Below the pieces are notes generated by a model. The model was not told where the DNA came from and ran no database searches. It worked only from the letters and a program-made list of their open reading frames with translations. A stretch of 64,000 nucleotides of DNA from Cyanophora paradoxa CCMP329 (Eukaryota; Plantae; Glaucophyta). The stretch lies in the NCBI GenBank assembly GCA_004431415.1, contig QPMI01000176.1:1-64000 (forward strand), given 5' to 3'. The stretch's first letter is position 1; the number at the start of each line of letters is the position of its first letter. Positions 10,501 to 23,400 of this stretch are shown here, one piece after another. A program made the position numbers and the translations under genes.

Positions 10501-13500
10501 GACCCGCGCCCTCGCCCCGCTCACGGGCGCCCTCGGGGCCGGCAGCGGCGGACATGCAGGCCTCGATGCGCGCGATGGGCGTCCGCGCCCACGTCGGGTG
10601 CGCCGCCCGCACGGGCCCTCCCCCGCGCCCCGCTCTCGCGTCCGAGGGCCTGGACGCCGCGGCTGGGCAGGATCACCACCGGCCTCGTCTTCTGCACGTT
10701 CGGTCCGCCCCGCCCCCCCGCACTCTTCCCCCCCGCTCCGCATGGGCCCATCGCGACGCCCGCTGCCCTGCAGTCGGGAGCTCGAGCCGCAGCGAGTTCA
10801 GCGTCTTCGGCACCGGTCCGCGTCCCCTCCGATTCCCCATCTCTTCCCGTCGTCCCTTCTCCTGCTTCCGCTCACGGCCTCGCGCAGTTGTCAACCGCGC
10901 CGGCACGCCCCTCCGGGCCCCTCCCCTCGCCCCCCTCCCGTGTTGCGAGCGCGGGGCGGGGCGGCGGCGCAGCGCGGCTGATGGCGCTGGCGGAGGGCGG
11001 CATCCTCGTCGACGGGAAAACAAGCGACGCCTGCCAGGGCCAGGCGCGAGCCCCGCCGCCCGCGCGGAGCGGGCGGGGCCGGCAGGTGACGGGCACGGGG
11101 GCGCCCCGCTGTGCGCAGATCGGCATGGAGCTCGTCGGCGCGTTCAAGCTCAAGGGCATCGACGAGAAGGCGCGCGCCCCCGCGCGGCGGGTCAGCTGGC
11201 GCGAGCGCCGCCGCTGACAGCGGCCACGGCCGCCGCCGCCGCCCGCAGATGCCCGTGTACCGGCCCCTGCTGCGACGCGGCTCCGGCGCGTGCTCGCCGT
11301 CGGAGAGGCCGGGCGCGGACGACCCCGCAGCCGACTCGAGCTCCTCGGTGCGGGCCCCCTCTCCCATGAGGCCTAGCTCGGCCACCGTCGGCTGCCGCGG
11401 GCTCGCGACGGCCCCCGCAGGGCGCCTTTGTGGCGCGGGCAGCGGAGACGGCGCGCATCGAGGCGCTCCTCGCCGCCGCCGCCTCCGCCCCGGCCGCGCC
11501 CGCCCGCCTCTTCCCGCGCGGAGGCGCCGCGGCCGGGGGCGGGGCCGAGCAGGCGGCGGGGGCAGAGGGGGCCGGCGAGCCGGAGGAGCCGTCGCCGCCG
11601 GCGTTCGTCCTCTACGAGGGGCCGAGCGGCTCGGGTGCCCGGCCCCCACCCCTCGTCGCGCCTGCCCCCCCGACGCCGCCCCCTCCCCCTGTCCCCCGCA
11701 GGCAAGAGCACACTCTGCGCGTACGCCGCGCGGGTCGCCGCCGGCCTCGGCATGACGGTGCGCACGCGCCGGCGCTGCCGATCACGTGCGAGCCGCCCGA
11801 TCGGAGCCGGGGGGACGCGGGGCGGCAGACGGTGGCGGGGGCGGGCCGCTCGAACCGGGCGCGCCAGCCGTGGTTCCTATGGCGGGCCGTCCTCCGCCAG
11901 CTCTTCCCCCTCGGGTCCGCCCCGCGCCCCGGCCCGGCCTCGATCACGACGGGCGGGGGCGGGGGCAGGGCGCTGGACATGGGCCCGCTACTCGACGAGG
12001 AGGACTTCGAGCTGCTCGGGCCCCTCGCCCAGGCCCGCCCTCCCCCCCTCCCTCTCTCTAAATCTCTGAACTCAAGCCGCGGCCGGGGCGTGCGCGCAGG
12101 CGCTGCAGCTGGATGCGGCTGCGGGCCCCGCGGGGGCCAGCGAGGCACTGCCCCTCGCCTCTCACTTCGCCTCCCGCCACCCCCACAGCGTCCGCGTGCA
12201 AAGGTTGGCGCCTCCCCAGCCCTAGTCCGCACGGCAGGCGCACTCAAAGGCTGGGATCGTGGGCAGGAGCCCGCCCATCTCGCCCGCACCCTTGGACCCG
12301 GAGGAAAGGGCTCCCGCGCCGCTTCCCGACAGCGCGGCCGCCCCCAAGCGTCGCGTCGGCGTTCGCAAAAGCAGCATCACGTGCCGTCCTCTGCCATCGC
12401 CCGCCGGCGCATGCCGCCGGCCTGGGCCCCGGCTGACGCGCCGGCCGCGGGGCGCCGCAGGTGGGTGACCGCTGAGGCCCTGATGGGGGAGGAGCACGCG
12501 CCGCCCTCGCCGCACGCCGGCGCCCCCGCCGGCCGCTCCGCGAGCGCGTCCTTGGGCCCGCGATCGTCGCCTCCGCACCACCCGCAGGCCCGGGCGAGGC
12601 GCCGGCGGGGCGGGCCGGGACGGGGGGCGGGCCTCCATGGCCACCCCGCAGCCCCTCCGCGGAGCTCTCGGACGAGGAGCGGTGCGCGCCGCAGCTTCTT
12701 GCGCTCGGCGGGAGCCGCAGAGCGCCGCCGCCGACGCGTACGCCCGCGCGCGCGCCCAGCGACGCGAAGGGCGGAGCGGGCGGAGGCGGGGGCGGGCCGG
12801 AGGCGGCCAGCGTCGCAGTGGGGCCCCCTGTGCGCTTTCCCGCCGTCCCGCGGGCCCTCCGGGGGAGGGCGCCGCCGCCCCGGGCCCCCGCGCCGGCCTC
12901 GGCTCCGAAGCGCGCCCGCGCCGCGATCGAACCCTCTAACCGTGGCCCGCGGCAGAGAGGCGGCTTTTACGCGTGGGTAGAGGCGGAGGCCCCCGCGGGC
13001 GGAAGCGGCCCTCCCCCGAGGCCGGCGCCCCGCAGCGCGCGGAGGCGGCGTCGGGGCGTCGCCGCGGGCCGGGCCGGCTCGAGCTCCCCCAAGCTCCCGC
13101 GGAGGAGGCAGCTCGAGGCCGCGTCGGTCTCCTTCGGGAGCAGGGGGGTGTCCAAGGGGAGGGCAGGTGGCCGGCGCTCGGTCCCCCTTGCCGGCCTCGC
13201 TGGGGCGCGCCACGCACCGCCCCCGCGCCGCCCCGACTCGGCCGCCTCCGAGCGCGATCGCGATCCGAGCGGGGCGCCGGCGACGTCGCCCGCGGGCACT
13301 CCGTGCCGGCCGGCCCCGCCGCCCCGCCCCGCCCGAGCGGTGCCGGCCCCGCGCGCCCCGCGGCCCCGGGCGGAGCGCGGCGGCTCACGCCGGGGCGGCG
13401 GGGCAGGCGAGCTGAACGGGGAGTACCTGACGAGCGGGATCCGCGGCCTCGTCGCGAAGCTCGTCACGCGGCGCGCCGCCGCCGGCCGCCCCTCCTCCTC

Positions 13501-16500
13501 CTCCTCGAAGGTCCCTCCGCCCGCCCCGATCGCGCGCCTCGTCGTGGGGCGCCGCCGCCGCGCGCCCCTCACCCTTCTCGTCGGCGGGGCGCGCAGACAT
13601 GCAGCACGCCGACAGCCAGTCGTGGGCGGTCGTGGGAGCCTCCTGGAGGCCCTCGCCGGGGCCCCGCGGCGCGCGCCCGCCTCGCGGTCGTCGTCACGCT
13701 CCGGCCGCGGCGGCCGGCGAGGCGGCGGTCGGCCTCTCGCGGCGCCTACGGGAGGCGGGGCCGGCTGCCGTCCAGCGCGTCGAGCTGGGGCCCCTCTCCG
13801 AAGGTCCCCGCCCCGCCCCGCCCGCATTCGCCGCTCGGGAGCTCTCGGGCGAGCGCTGGCGATCGCCGCGGGCGCAGGCGACCTGGAGGCGCTCGTGCTG
13901 GCGGCCATCGGGGCGCAGCGCCTCCCCCGCGCCCTCCAGGCCTTCATCGCAGCCCAGGTGCGCCCCGCCGCCACGCTGCGCCCCGGGCCCCCGCCCCTGC
14001 ATCCTCGCGTTCGAAGGCGCGGGGCCGGGGCCGGGGGCGGGGCAGACGGAGGGCCTGCCGATCCTGGTGGAGGACCTCGCGCGCTCCCTCGTCAAGGACG
14101 GCACCCTGGAGGTCCGCGCCCGGCCCTCGCCGCCGACGCCCACGACCCTCGCCTCGCAAGCCAATGTTGCGCAGGTGGACGCGTACGGCGAGGTCATCGT
14201 GAAGAAAGCCCTGCGGCGCCTGAAGCCGACCGTGCGCCCTGTCTCCCGCCGCGCCGGCCGGGAGGAAGCTGGCGGGCGGGCGGCTGAGCGGGGCGGGGCG
14301 GGGCGGGCAGGACGGGGCGCGCTCCGCCCTCGTGGGGAGCCTCGACCGCCTCACCCCCTCCCAGGCCTGCCCGTCCCGTCTCAAGCTTGGCCCTGCCCCA
14401 CCTTTCCTCGGGATCGACGCCGCCAGCGCAGGCCATGACGCTGAAGCTGGCCTCCGTGGCCGGCGTGCGCTTCTCGGCGACAGAGATCGTGGCGTGCCGC
14501 GCGGGCACCGGCCTCGGCCCTGCCTTCGGCGCCGCCGCAGAGGCCGGGCCAGGGGCCTCCGAGAGCTCGAGGAGCTGGGGGAGGCGTTCGAGCGCGCCGC
14601 TGGCCTCGAGCGAGCGCGAGTCCGAGGCGCGCCGGCGCCCGAGCAGCGCCCGTGTCGAGCCCGGCGTCCGAGCCGGGCCCTTCTTCTCATGCGCCTCCCT
14701 CCTGTTTGCGGCGCAGGGCGGGGTGGGTGCGGGTGCGGGGCCGGGGGCGGTGGCGGAGGCCGTCGCGCGCGACCTCGCCGCCCTCGTCCGCCTCCGCATG
14801 CTCGTGCGCCCCCCGGCCGCCCCGGCCCGGCCGCCCGCCCCGGCCCGGCCCCCCTTCCCTTCCAGCGCCCGCTCCGAAAGAGGCGAGAGCGCTCCGAGCT
14901 CGCTGAGGGCTCGCGCCCCTCGGCGGGCGGGCGCAGGCGGAGGCGGGGGCGGGGGAGGGCGGGCCGGACCGCGTCCTGGGGGCCGGGGAGGAGGCGGGAG
15001 GCACCCTGGGCCCCGACCTGCACCTGGAGCGGGAGTACGAGTTCGTGCAGCCGCTCCTGCAGGCCCGCCCGCCCCGCGCGCGCCCCGCGCGCCCTCTCTC
15101 CTGCCCCGCAACCTCGAACGGGGCGCTCGCCGGCGTCGCAGGAGGTGGTGTACACGCTGCTGCCGCCGGCGGAGCGGCGGGCGCTGCACCGCGAGCTCGC
15201 CCTCCACCACGAGGAGCGCCTCGCTGCTCGCGGCGGCGGCGTGCCCGCACGTGCGCCCCACCGCCCCCGCTCCGCACCGCCCCGCACCCGCCCCTCGAGA
15301 GCCGGCGGGGCGCGCAGGCCTGCGTCGAAGGAGCACGACGATCGCGAGGCCGACCTCGACCTCGTCACGGTGCGCTCGCCGGCCCTCCGCGCCGCGCCGG
15401 GCCCGGCCCTCACGCCCCGGCCCCGCGGCAGGTGCTGGCGCACCACTACCAGCTGGCGGGAGACGAGGAGCGCGCCTGCGTCTACGTCGAGCGGCGCGCG
15501 CCGGCGCCCCTCTCTCCGCCCCCCCTCGCGCCGCGCCGCCCCTCACGCTCGCCCCGCCGCGGCCAGGTGCGCGAGGGTCGCCCACAAGCAGTACGCCAAC
15601 CTCGAGGTGCGCGCCCCGCGCCCCCTGCCGCGAGCTCCGGCGCCGGCCCACGCGGCAGTGGGGTGCGGGGGGCAGGCGGTGCGGCTGTACGAGGACCTGC
15701 TAGGGATGGGCGGGGCGCGGGCGCCCCGGCTCGCCCTCGTCCGCTGGCTCCGCTGCCACGGCGAGGCCCTCGCCCGCATGGAGTGCGCCCCCGGCCCCGG
15801 CCCCCGGCCCCGCCCGCCTCGCCTTCCGAGAGCGCCCGGCACCGCAGCCTCAACGTGGAGGCGTGCGGCTCCTTCCTGCGCGCGCTGGAGGCCCTGGGCC
15901 TCCCCGCGCCCCGCTCCAGCCTCCTCCGCTCCGCCGCCACCGCCCTCAACGCCCTCCGCGCCCTCGCCCGCCGCCCCCCGCCCCTCCACGACTACCTCCG
16001 CCGCGCCGCCGCCCGGCCCCTTTCCCCCGACGAGCTCGCAGAGGTTCGCCCCCCGCCCCCCCGCGACCCCCGCGCCCTCCCCTCACCCGCGGGGGCAGCA
16101 ACACGAGGCGACGCTGGTCATGTCCGGCGCGACAATGGCCGCCTACAGCTGCAGCCAGGTGCGCGCGCGGCCGCCGGTGTGAAACATCAGTGATCGCAAG
16201 GCGGCGCGGGTGTGAGAATTCGAAATTGAAGCGTGCGCGTCGCTCTCACCCAGATGAACTTGAACAAGTACCTTATCTCCAAGGCGGTGATCCCGTTTCC
16301 TTTGATCGACCCTTACTATTCTGCATTCGCGACGGCTGGCGCACCCGCCGACATCTGACGCGACTTCTCTGCAGGCCTGGCTGGGGGCGTCTCGCGTGGA
16401 GGTCCGCTTCTCATTATCCCCCCGCCACCGATCGCGAGTCGCTCGCCCGACGGCGGCTGCTGAAGGCGGCGGGGGCGGGGCGCGGGGCGGGCGCTGCAGG

Positions 16501-18507
16501 TGGGCCCGATGGCGGCGATGTGCCTGGCGCGCCTCGCCCAGTTCTCCGTCTTCGCCGGCCGCCGCGACGCCGCCGTCCAGTGGTGCCCCACGCCCCCGCC
16601 TCACGCCAGCGCTCGAGCTCGCCCTCGAGCCGCCAGGCTCACGGGCGCCCCGGCGGGGTGGGGGTGGCGGGGCAGGGCGGAGCTGGCGTGGGCGGTGGCG
16701 CGCGAGGTCGACTCGCGCGACGTCTGGGCCTCCATCGCCATCCCCGTCTCCCACGCCCTCCTCGTCTCCCTCGGCGCGCCCCGGCCCCGCGCCCGGCCGC
16801 CGGCGGGGCGCCTCACGGGCGCGGGCGGGGCGCTCGCGCAGAGCACGCCTCGGCGGGGTCCGTCACCGCCTTCTTCGCCGACAGCGCCTTCTTCCACAAG
16901 TGCGCCCCGGCCCCTCCCCCGGCTCCGCGGCGCGCGCGGGGGCGGCCGAGGCGGCGGGCGCGCAGGGACGTCTTCCTGCTGGCCGTGATGAACGCCCTAC
17001 GGGCAACGCTGGGCATGCGGGGCGACATCCGCACCGCCTTCTCCGCCGGCTTCGCCAGCCTCCGCGCCGACATCCAGGCGCCCGCCCCGCGCCCCGCCGC
17101 CTCGTCCTGCGGCCGGCTGACGGGGGCGGGGCCGCGCGGCGCGCAGGTCGTGCTCGAGAGCGCCAGCAGACAGCCCGACCTGGTCAGCGACTTCTTCGTC
17201 GTGCGCCGCCCGGGGGCGTGTGGGGGTGGGGGAGTGCACGTGGGCGAGGCGGGCCGGGGCGGGGCGGGGGCGCAGATGGTGAACCAGGGCGTGCTGGCGC
17301 TCTTCGAGGCGATGGGGCGCCCCGCCGCCGCCCTCGACGCCCTCGAGGCCTTCCTCGCCTCCCGCGCCAGCAACGCCAACGTCCACATCCGCACCCAGGC
17401 CCGCCCCCGCCCGGATGCGTTAGCTTCGAATCGCCTCTGAGCCCCGGCCGGGCCCCTCGCGCAGGTCCTCGCCGCCGGCGCCCACGCGGAGGCGAGCCCT
17501 CCGCCTCGCCTTCCAGCATGCATTGCAGCCGAGAGCTGCGGAGAATGCTTGCGGCGCCGGCTCTCACGTGTTTTGCGGGGGCACCCGCAGGCGCTGTGGC
17601 GGGCGCGGGGGACGCGGGGTCGGGCGCGGGACGGGCGCTGCCTCGCTCGGGTGGCCGTGGAGGGCTGCGAGTTCGCGTGGCAGGCGCGCCTGAGCGACAT
17701 CCCCGGCCGCCTCGCCGAGTTCGCGGTCCGTGCACGTGCCGCGCCGCGCGCCGCCGGGCCAGCGCGCGCCACGCTCACCGGGGCGGCCCGCGCTCAGGAC
17801 GCCGCGTGGGGCTCCCTCTTCGCCGCGTATCTGTGCACCCTCCAGCGCGACGCCGACCGCGCGGCCGCGGAGGGCGCGGGGGAGGCGCCGCGCCGGGGGC
17901 GCCCCGGCGCTGCAGCTGCCGGCCGCCGTGCTGGTGCCCCATCTGGAGACCCCGCCGGCGCCCGCCGGAACCCCGCAGGCGCCGTCGCCGCGGAGGGGCT
18001 CGCTGGGTCGCTCGACCTGCAAGCCGACGGCAGCGGGGGCGCCCCGGCGGCGCCGACGGATGCCGAGCTCCAGGCCGCCGTCCTCAAGGGCTCCCGCTTC
18101 TTCGCCGGCCCATGGTCCGCGGCGCCGCTGCCCCGCCTGCGCCGCCGCCTGCCCCGCTGAATCCCGGCCGCGGGGCGCAGTCCCGCGTGCACATGGTCAG
18201 AGCGCTGGCGGCGGTCGCGGACGGTGTGGCGCACTCGGCGGCCGGCCGCCACGCGCGGGCGCGGCGCTGCTTCGCGGCGGCGGCCGGCGTGGCGCGCGGG
18301 GCGGGGCAGCCGCTGGACGCGGCGCGGGCGCTCCTGCTGCAGGCGGCGCACACGGAGGAGGGCGGGGCGCGGGGCGCCCTCGCCGCCGCCGCCGCCGCCG
18401 CCGCGTCGCGGGCGGGGGACGAGGTCCTCGCGGGGCTGGCGCTGCGTGTGGCCGCCGCCTGCCCCGCCCCCGCAGGCGCCAGCCCCGCGTCTGCCCGCCC
18501 AGGCTAG
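7154..18507 (+). CDS. Soluble adenylyl/guanylyl cyclase, ADCY10 (sAC)-like: two class III cyclase domains + P-loop NTPase + helical/TPR-like C-terminus; start codon not resolved
   Basis: C1 spliced as RGVISI|LDISG|FT|GLCEK..EELCKIINGAF..VEKHGGEVLCFL|GD|GLLVFWP..MRLRVAVAGA. C2 reads EFRVVSVL..FMKLEGL..YEGSLRQIVFD|DKGVVFIAVFGL..HEDDPARAV..GITTGLVFC..SRSEFSVFG..VN.AARLM. Walker A is YEGPSGS|GKSTL, followed by EGLPILVEDLARSL and SLDRLTPSQ. Stop TAG at 18505-18507. Confidence 0.88.
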
Positions 18508-19488
18508 CTATAAATATTGATATATAGTTATAATTATAATTATATTAACTACAAGACACCCGCTCACGCGGGGAAGGCCCCCCCCCCCCCCCCACCCCTT
18601 CCCACCCGTCCACATTCGTTCGATTAGTTTAGATCGAAGGGAAAGGACATTGCATTTGATTTAAATCAGTACACGGTAGATTAATTAAGGCCTAGGCGAG
18701 AGTTTTGAGGAGATCTAGAGATCATCGGATGTGCACATGCACTGAGAGGGCCGGGCCGGGGCGGGGTTCTCGTGGTCACCGGGTCAGGCGCATGTACAGA
18801 GCCTCGGAGCATGCGAATCGCTTAAACAGAATCTCGAATGCATAAAGTATTGATCTGCCGCAGTGCTGGCCTAGGGCTGCGGAGGCGAGGGCGGGCGCGG
18901 CGGAAAGATATTGATGTGCAGCTGCATGCAGCAGGTCTCTGCAGGATCGAATTTTTGGCGTCGGCTGAGTTTTCGTGCTCTGTCCCGGCCTGGGGGGTCT
19001 GGGGGGGGGGATTCCTTCCTGAGGGCACGGGGGGGAGGATTCCTTCCTGAGGGCACGCACGCGACACGGACAGGGCACCGATTGGTCACCGATAGCGGGT
19101 AACTGGACCGAGCGTGCGCTAGTGGTCGAGCCGGGTTGAAGATATATGCATATGATGATATATGAGAGGGGAAGGGGGCGACACCGACCAATCACCGAGC
19201 GGGCACCGATAGGGCACGGTGCGGGCACGTTGGGGGCAGCGTTGAGGGGAGGTTCGTCGGGTGGGTGCCCTCATGATCAGGATAAATTCGGACGCGCACC
19301 TGGGAAAAAATTATGGGGGGGGCCCAACAGCTAGTACTAAGTTAAGACCTTTCCTCTCAGACGTTAAGACCTTTCTTCTTAGATAAGTCCGACGGTCGAC
19401 CAATTATATATAACTTCGTAAGGTGGGGCGAACTTTGAAGTTTGAACCGCCGTAGCTCCCGTAGGCAGTAGTTATAAGAACTGTAAAA

Positions 19489-20060
19489 CTAGTTTGTTGC
19501 AAGGGGGAAAGGATTCCCCCTTGCTTCCCGTTCCCTCGCTTCAGCCAAAAGTTTTCTACGAGGCCATTTCCGAGGGCCAGTATGCAACACGGGAAAAAAA
19601 TGGGACTTATTCGCGTTCCGATTGGCTCGGTGGACCGGTCAGCCTCCGATTGGCTCGGCCGAGGGGAAAACCAACTTCGCGCTCATGATCACTGGCCTTT
19701 TCTTTGTTTTTTAATCTTAATCTGTGTTTATCTTTACACTCCAACCTCCCGCGCGCACTGGGCCGGGGTCGATCTGCCGCACGCATGTGCGTCCCACTAC
19801 GACTCTTTCATGATCATTAGATCCCGGTTCCCCCCTTGAACCCCCGGCGCGACAAACGCGGCCGGGCCACTAGTACTAGCAGTGACCTTCAGGTCTGTTG
19901 GGAGCTTCAAGTGACTTTTCACAGATCGGCCTTGGGGGAAGGAAGACACATAGGTCGGCTCGAGCTCCGGTCCTGGCGCCGGCATAGAGGCCATTTTCGG
20001 CCTCTGGGATCCCGAAGAAAATAATCGGCCTGATTTTGTCTAATATTAATTATACACAGA
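19489..20060 (-). mobile_element. Non-autonomous Helitron-like element (~570 bp)
   Basis: Minus-strand 3' end has an 11-bp perfect stem (GCAAGGGGGAA/TTCCCCCTTGC), a 6-nt spacer, then CTAG followed by T. The candidate 5' end is A|TCTGTGTATAATT at 20060. There is no TSD, consistent with A|T insertion. The 5' boundary is less certain. Confidence 0.55.
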
Positions 20061-20435
20061 TATAGAATCATGATCATGATCGATAGATATCACTTGCATG
20101 CGCAAGAGGCGCTGCGCGCCGAAATTAAATCCGGCTTTTGTATAATTAGCCGCGATAATTATAAGCTGTCGGGGCTTCATGATCGGCGGCTTTTATGATC
20201 AAAGAGCGTTCTCCAACAAATCAAAGCGCATTGCGGCAAATCGCATTGGGCGCTGACTCGCGATCGAACCCGGCGAGTGTGCAAATGTAAGAACACGACT
20301 TCGCAGCAGAGACAACGTGGAATGCTATGTAGCTACTTTAATATTTTTAGAAATAATTCTTACCGGCGGGGCCTCGAAGCTCGGGGCGGCGCAGGGGGCT
20401 CTAGCGGGCGGGCTGCCGCGCCGGGGCCTCTGCGG

Positions 20436-23400
20436 CTAGTAGGCGTCGGTGGGGCGGCGGGTGGTCTGGGCGAGGGCCTTGGAGGCAGCGGCGAGGACCC
20501 CCTCCGAGCGCGCCAGGATCAGCGCCTCGCCCTCCTCCCCCGGCACGTACGAGACCAGCTGCCCCCGCCCCGCGCCCCGCCCCTCAGCCCGCGCGGCGCA
20601 GGTTGGGGCCGGGTGGCGCACCGTCCGCTCCAGGATGCTCGCGCCAGTCTCCAGGCGATCCATGTCCTGGGGTTGGGCTCAGGGGTGCGGCGCGAGGCGA
20701 AAGGGTACGGCAAACGGACCTTGGCGTGCGCGGAGAGGAAGAGGTCGGCGACGGGGGTGGAGGCGACGGGGGGTACCCTGCTCTTGGAGGGGCCGGGGGA
20801 GGGGTCCCGCTCGTCGGGGGAGGAGTGCTGGGGGGTGAGGGCGCGCCCGCGGCGCGGGGCGGGGCGCCGGCGTGGTGCGGCCCGCCGGCGGGTGCGGCGA
20901 GGGCGGGTGCGGCAGGGCGGGCTTGCAGACGAGGCGGGGGCGGCGGGGGCGGCGGGGCGGCGGGGAAGCCGAGGGTCGCCCACACGTCGAACTTGGCGAT
21001 TCCGTCGGGGCCCCCGGCGGGGAGGAGGAGGAGGCCGCCGGCGCCGCCGCCACCGGCGAGCCCCCGGCGCCGGTGACCTGCGCCGCAGCCGGCCGCTCAG
21101 CGGGGCGACAAGGAGGGGCGGGGAGGGGCGGGGCGGGCGCCTGGATGTGGGGCGAGTCGACGCCGGAGGGCCCCGAGACGGAGGGGCGGGAGCGGCGCGA
21201 GGAGCCGGAGGCCCCCGACGACCCCGCGTGCGCCTGCCCGCAGCGTCGGGCCCCGGCCCGAGGCGGGGCCGGCCGGCGGGCGGGGCGGCGGCGCACGGAG
21301 TGGAGGATGGCGGCGGCGACGGCGCCGCTGCCGCGCGGGCTCAGCTCGACGGGCAGCTCCCTGCAGGGCGGCGGCGCTCAGGCGGCCCGGCCCGGCGGGG
21401 AGAGGCGGGGCGGAGCGACGGGCCGGGCGAGGGGGCACCCGACGTCCGGGGAGAGCTTGAGGGCGGTGAGGTTGGGGAGGCGCGGGGAGCGGCGCGCCCG
21501 CCCGGGCCCAGGGCGGGGAGGACTGGCCCACGCCCCGGCCTCGGCCTCCGAGGCCCGCCGGGGGCGCGGGGCGGCGTGCTCGAGCGGCGCCCGCGGCGAG
21601 GCGGCGGCCGCGGGGCCCAGCTGGAGGAAGGTGGGCGAGGCCGCGTCGGGGCCGTGCACCCGCGGCGAACGCCCGCCCGGGCGGCGGGGCCCAGCGGGGG
21701 GGACGCGTGGCTCCGCACCGGCAGCGCCGGGCCGGTGCGGGGCTGGCCGGCGGGCGCGGACTCGGATCGCCGACGGAGGGGCGGCGGGGGGAGAGGTCAG
21801 GGCCCGGCTGGGAGGCGCGCCGCGGGGAGGGCACGGGGGCGGGGGCTCCCGCCGGGGAGCCCCGGCGCGGGGAGAGGTCCTCTGGCATGGAGGCCCGCCG
21901 CCCCGCCAGCGCGTGGACCTGCGCCGCCCCCGCTCGGCCGCCGCAGGCGGGGCTAGGCGGGGGGGCGAGGGTCGGTGGCGTACCCCTCCGCGGGGGTTGG
22001 CGGCGTGCAGCGGAGGAACCAGCGCCGCGAACTGGCCCCGCGGCGTCGGGAAAACCGAAACGGGCGAACGTTTCGAAGAGGGCGCACCCCGGAGCCTCGG
22101 CGGGTCGAGGCGCGGGAGGGCAGCGGGGGTACGGCGTCCGGCGCCTCGGCGGCATGGTCGTCGGTGTACCCCTCCTCGCCCTCGTCCTCCTCGTCCTCGT
22201 CCTCGTCGCCCTCGCCGTCCCCTGCGGGGGCCCCCTTCGGCCGCGGGCCGCCCCGGGAAGAGGTCGCCCGCCAGAAGGCCGACGAGCCTGGCGCCGGGAG
22301 TGAGGCGAAGAGCCTTAAAAGGCGGGGGCGGGGGAGGCGCACGGCGCTGCATGTTGGCGGAGAAGGTGAAGGGGAGCTCGGAGGAGCCGAGCCTGCGCGG
22401 GGCCGGGCCGGTCAGAGCCCGCGAGGCGCAGGGGCGGGGCGGGGCGGGGCGGGCCGGGTGGAGCCGTCGGGCCCCGTGTCGAAGTCGATGCAGGCGCTGA
22501 AGAGGCCGCCCCCGAAGAGCGCGTGCTCCGGCGAGATGAAGAGCTGCCCCGCGTCGGCCCGGCGCAGGGCGGGGCGGGGCCGGCCGGGCCGGGCGGGCGC
22601 CGCACCTTCGGGTTCGTCCGCGAGTCGAGGGCCCACACGTGGTGGTCCGCGCAGGGGTACGGGTTGTCCCGGGGCTGCAGGCGCGGGCGCCGGCCCCGGA
22701 GTCGGCGGGGGCCGCTGCGGGGCCGGCGGGCGGGCGGGGCGGACGGAGATGTAGGCGACGGCGCCGGCGCCGGAGGGCGTCGTGACGGCGACGAGGTTCA
22801 CGACGAGCACCTGCGCCGATGTCAGGCAGGCAGGCAGGCAGGCGGGGCGCCGCGACGGCACCTGCGTCTCCTGCCGCGAGCGCGTCTGCCAGGGGCGCCG
22901 GGTCAGAGACGGGGGGAGGGGCGCGGGGGCGGGGCGCAGGAGCGCCTCGAAGGAGACGTAGTGGGGCCCGCGGGTGGGGGACACGGTCTCCTGGAACCCG
23001 ATCCCGCTGCCCCGCCGTCGGGGGCCGCGGCCGGGGGCGCAGCGCGAGGGGGGTGCGCGGGGGGGGCGCACCTGAGGTACTTGAGGGCGTTGATGCGCTC
23101 GCAGGTCGCCTCCACCGTGAGCTGGCCCCCGCCGTGAGGGCCCGGCGGGTTGGGAGGGGCGGGGGCCGGCTGCCTCGCACCGAGCACCCGCCGAAGGCCC
23201 CGGAGACGGTGGGGTACACCCCGATGTGGAGCTCCTGTGGGCGGGGGCGTGAGGCGGGATCCCTTCGCGCCGCGCGCCGCGGGGCCGGGGCCGAGGGGCG
23301 CGCCTGGTCCATGGGGCCGAACTCGTTGGCGGGGATGGTGAAGTGCAGGGGCCGGTTCGGCGCCACCTCGCCCAGCAGCCACCGGTGGTGCTCCTGGCCC

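Noticed and set aside
18549-18574. Second Helitron 3' end (CCCGC-TCAC-GCGGG hairpin)
   Set aside because: The stem is only 5 bp, the terminus is GTAG rather than CTRR, and no matching 5' end was identified.
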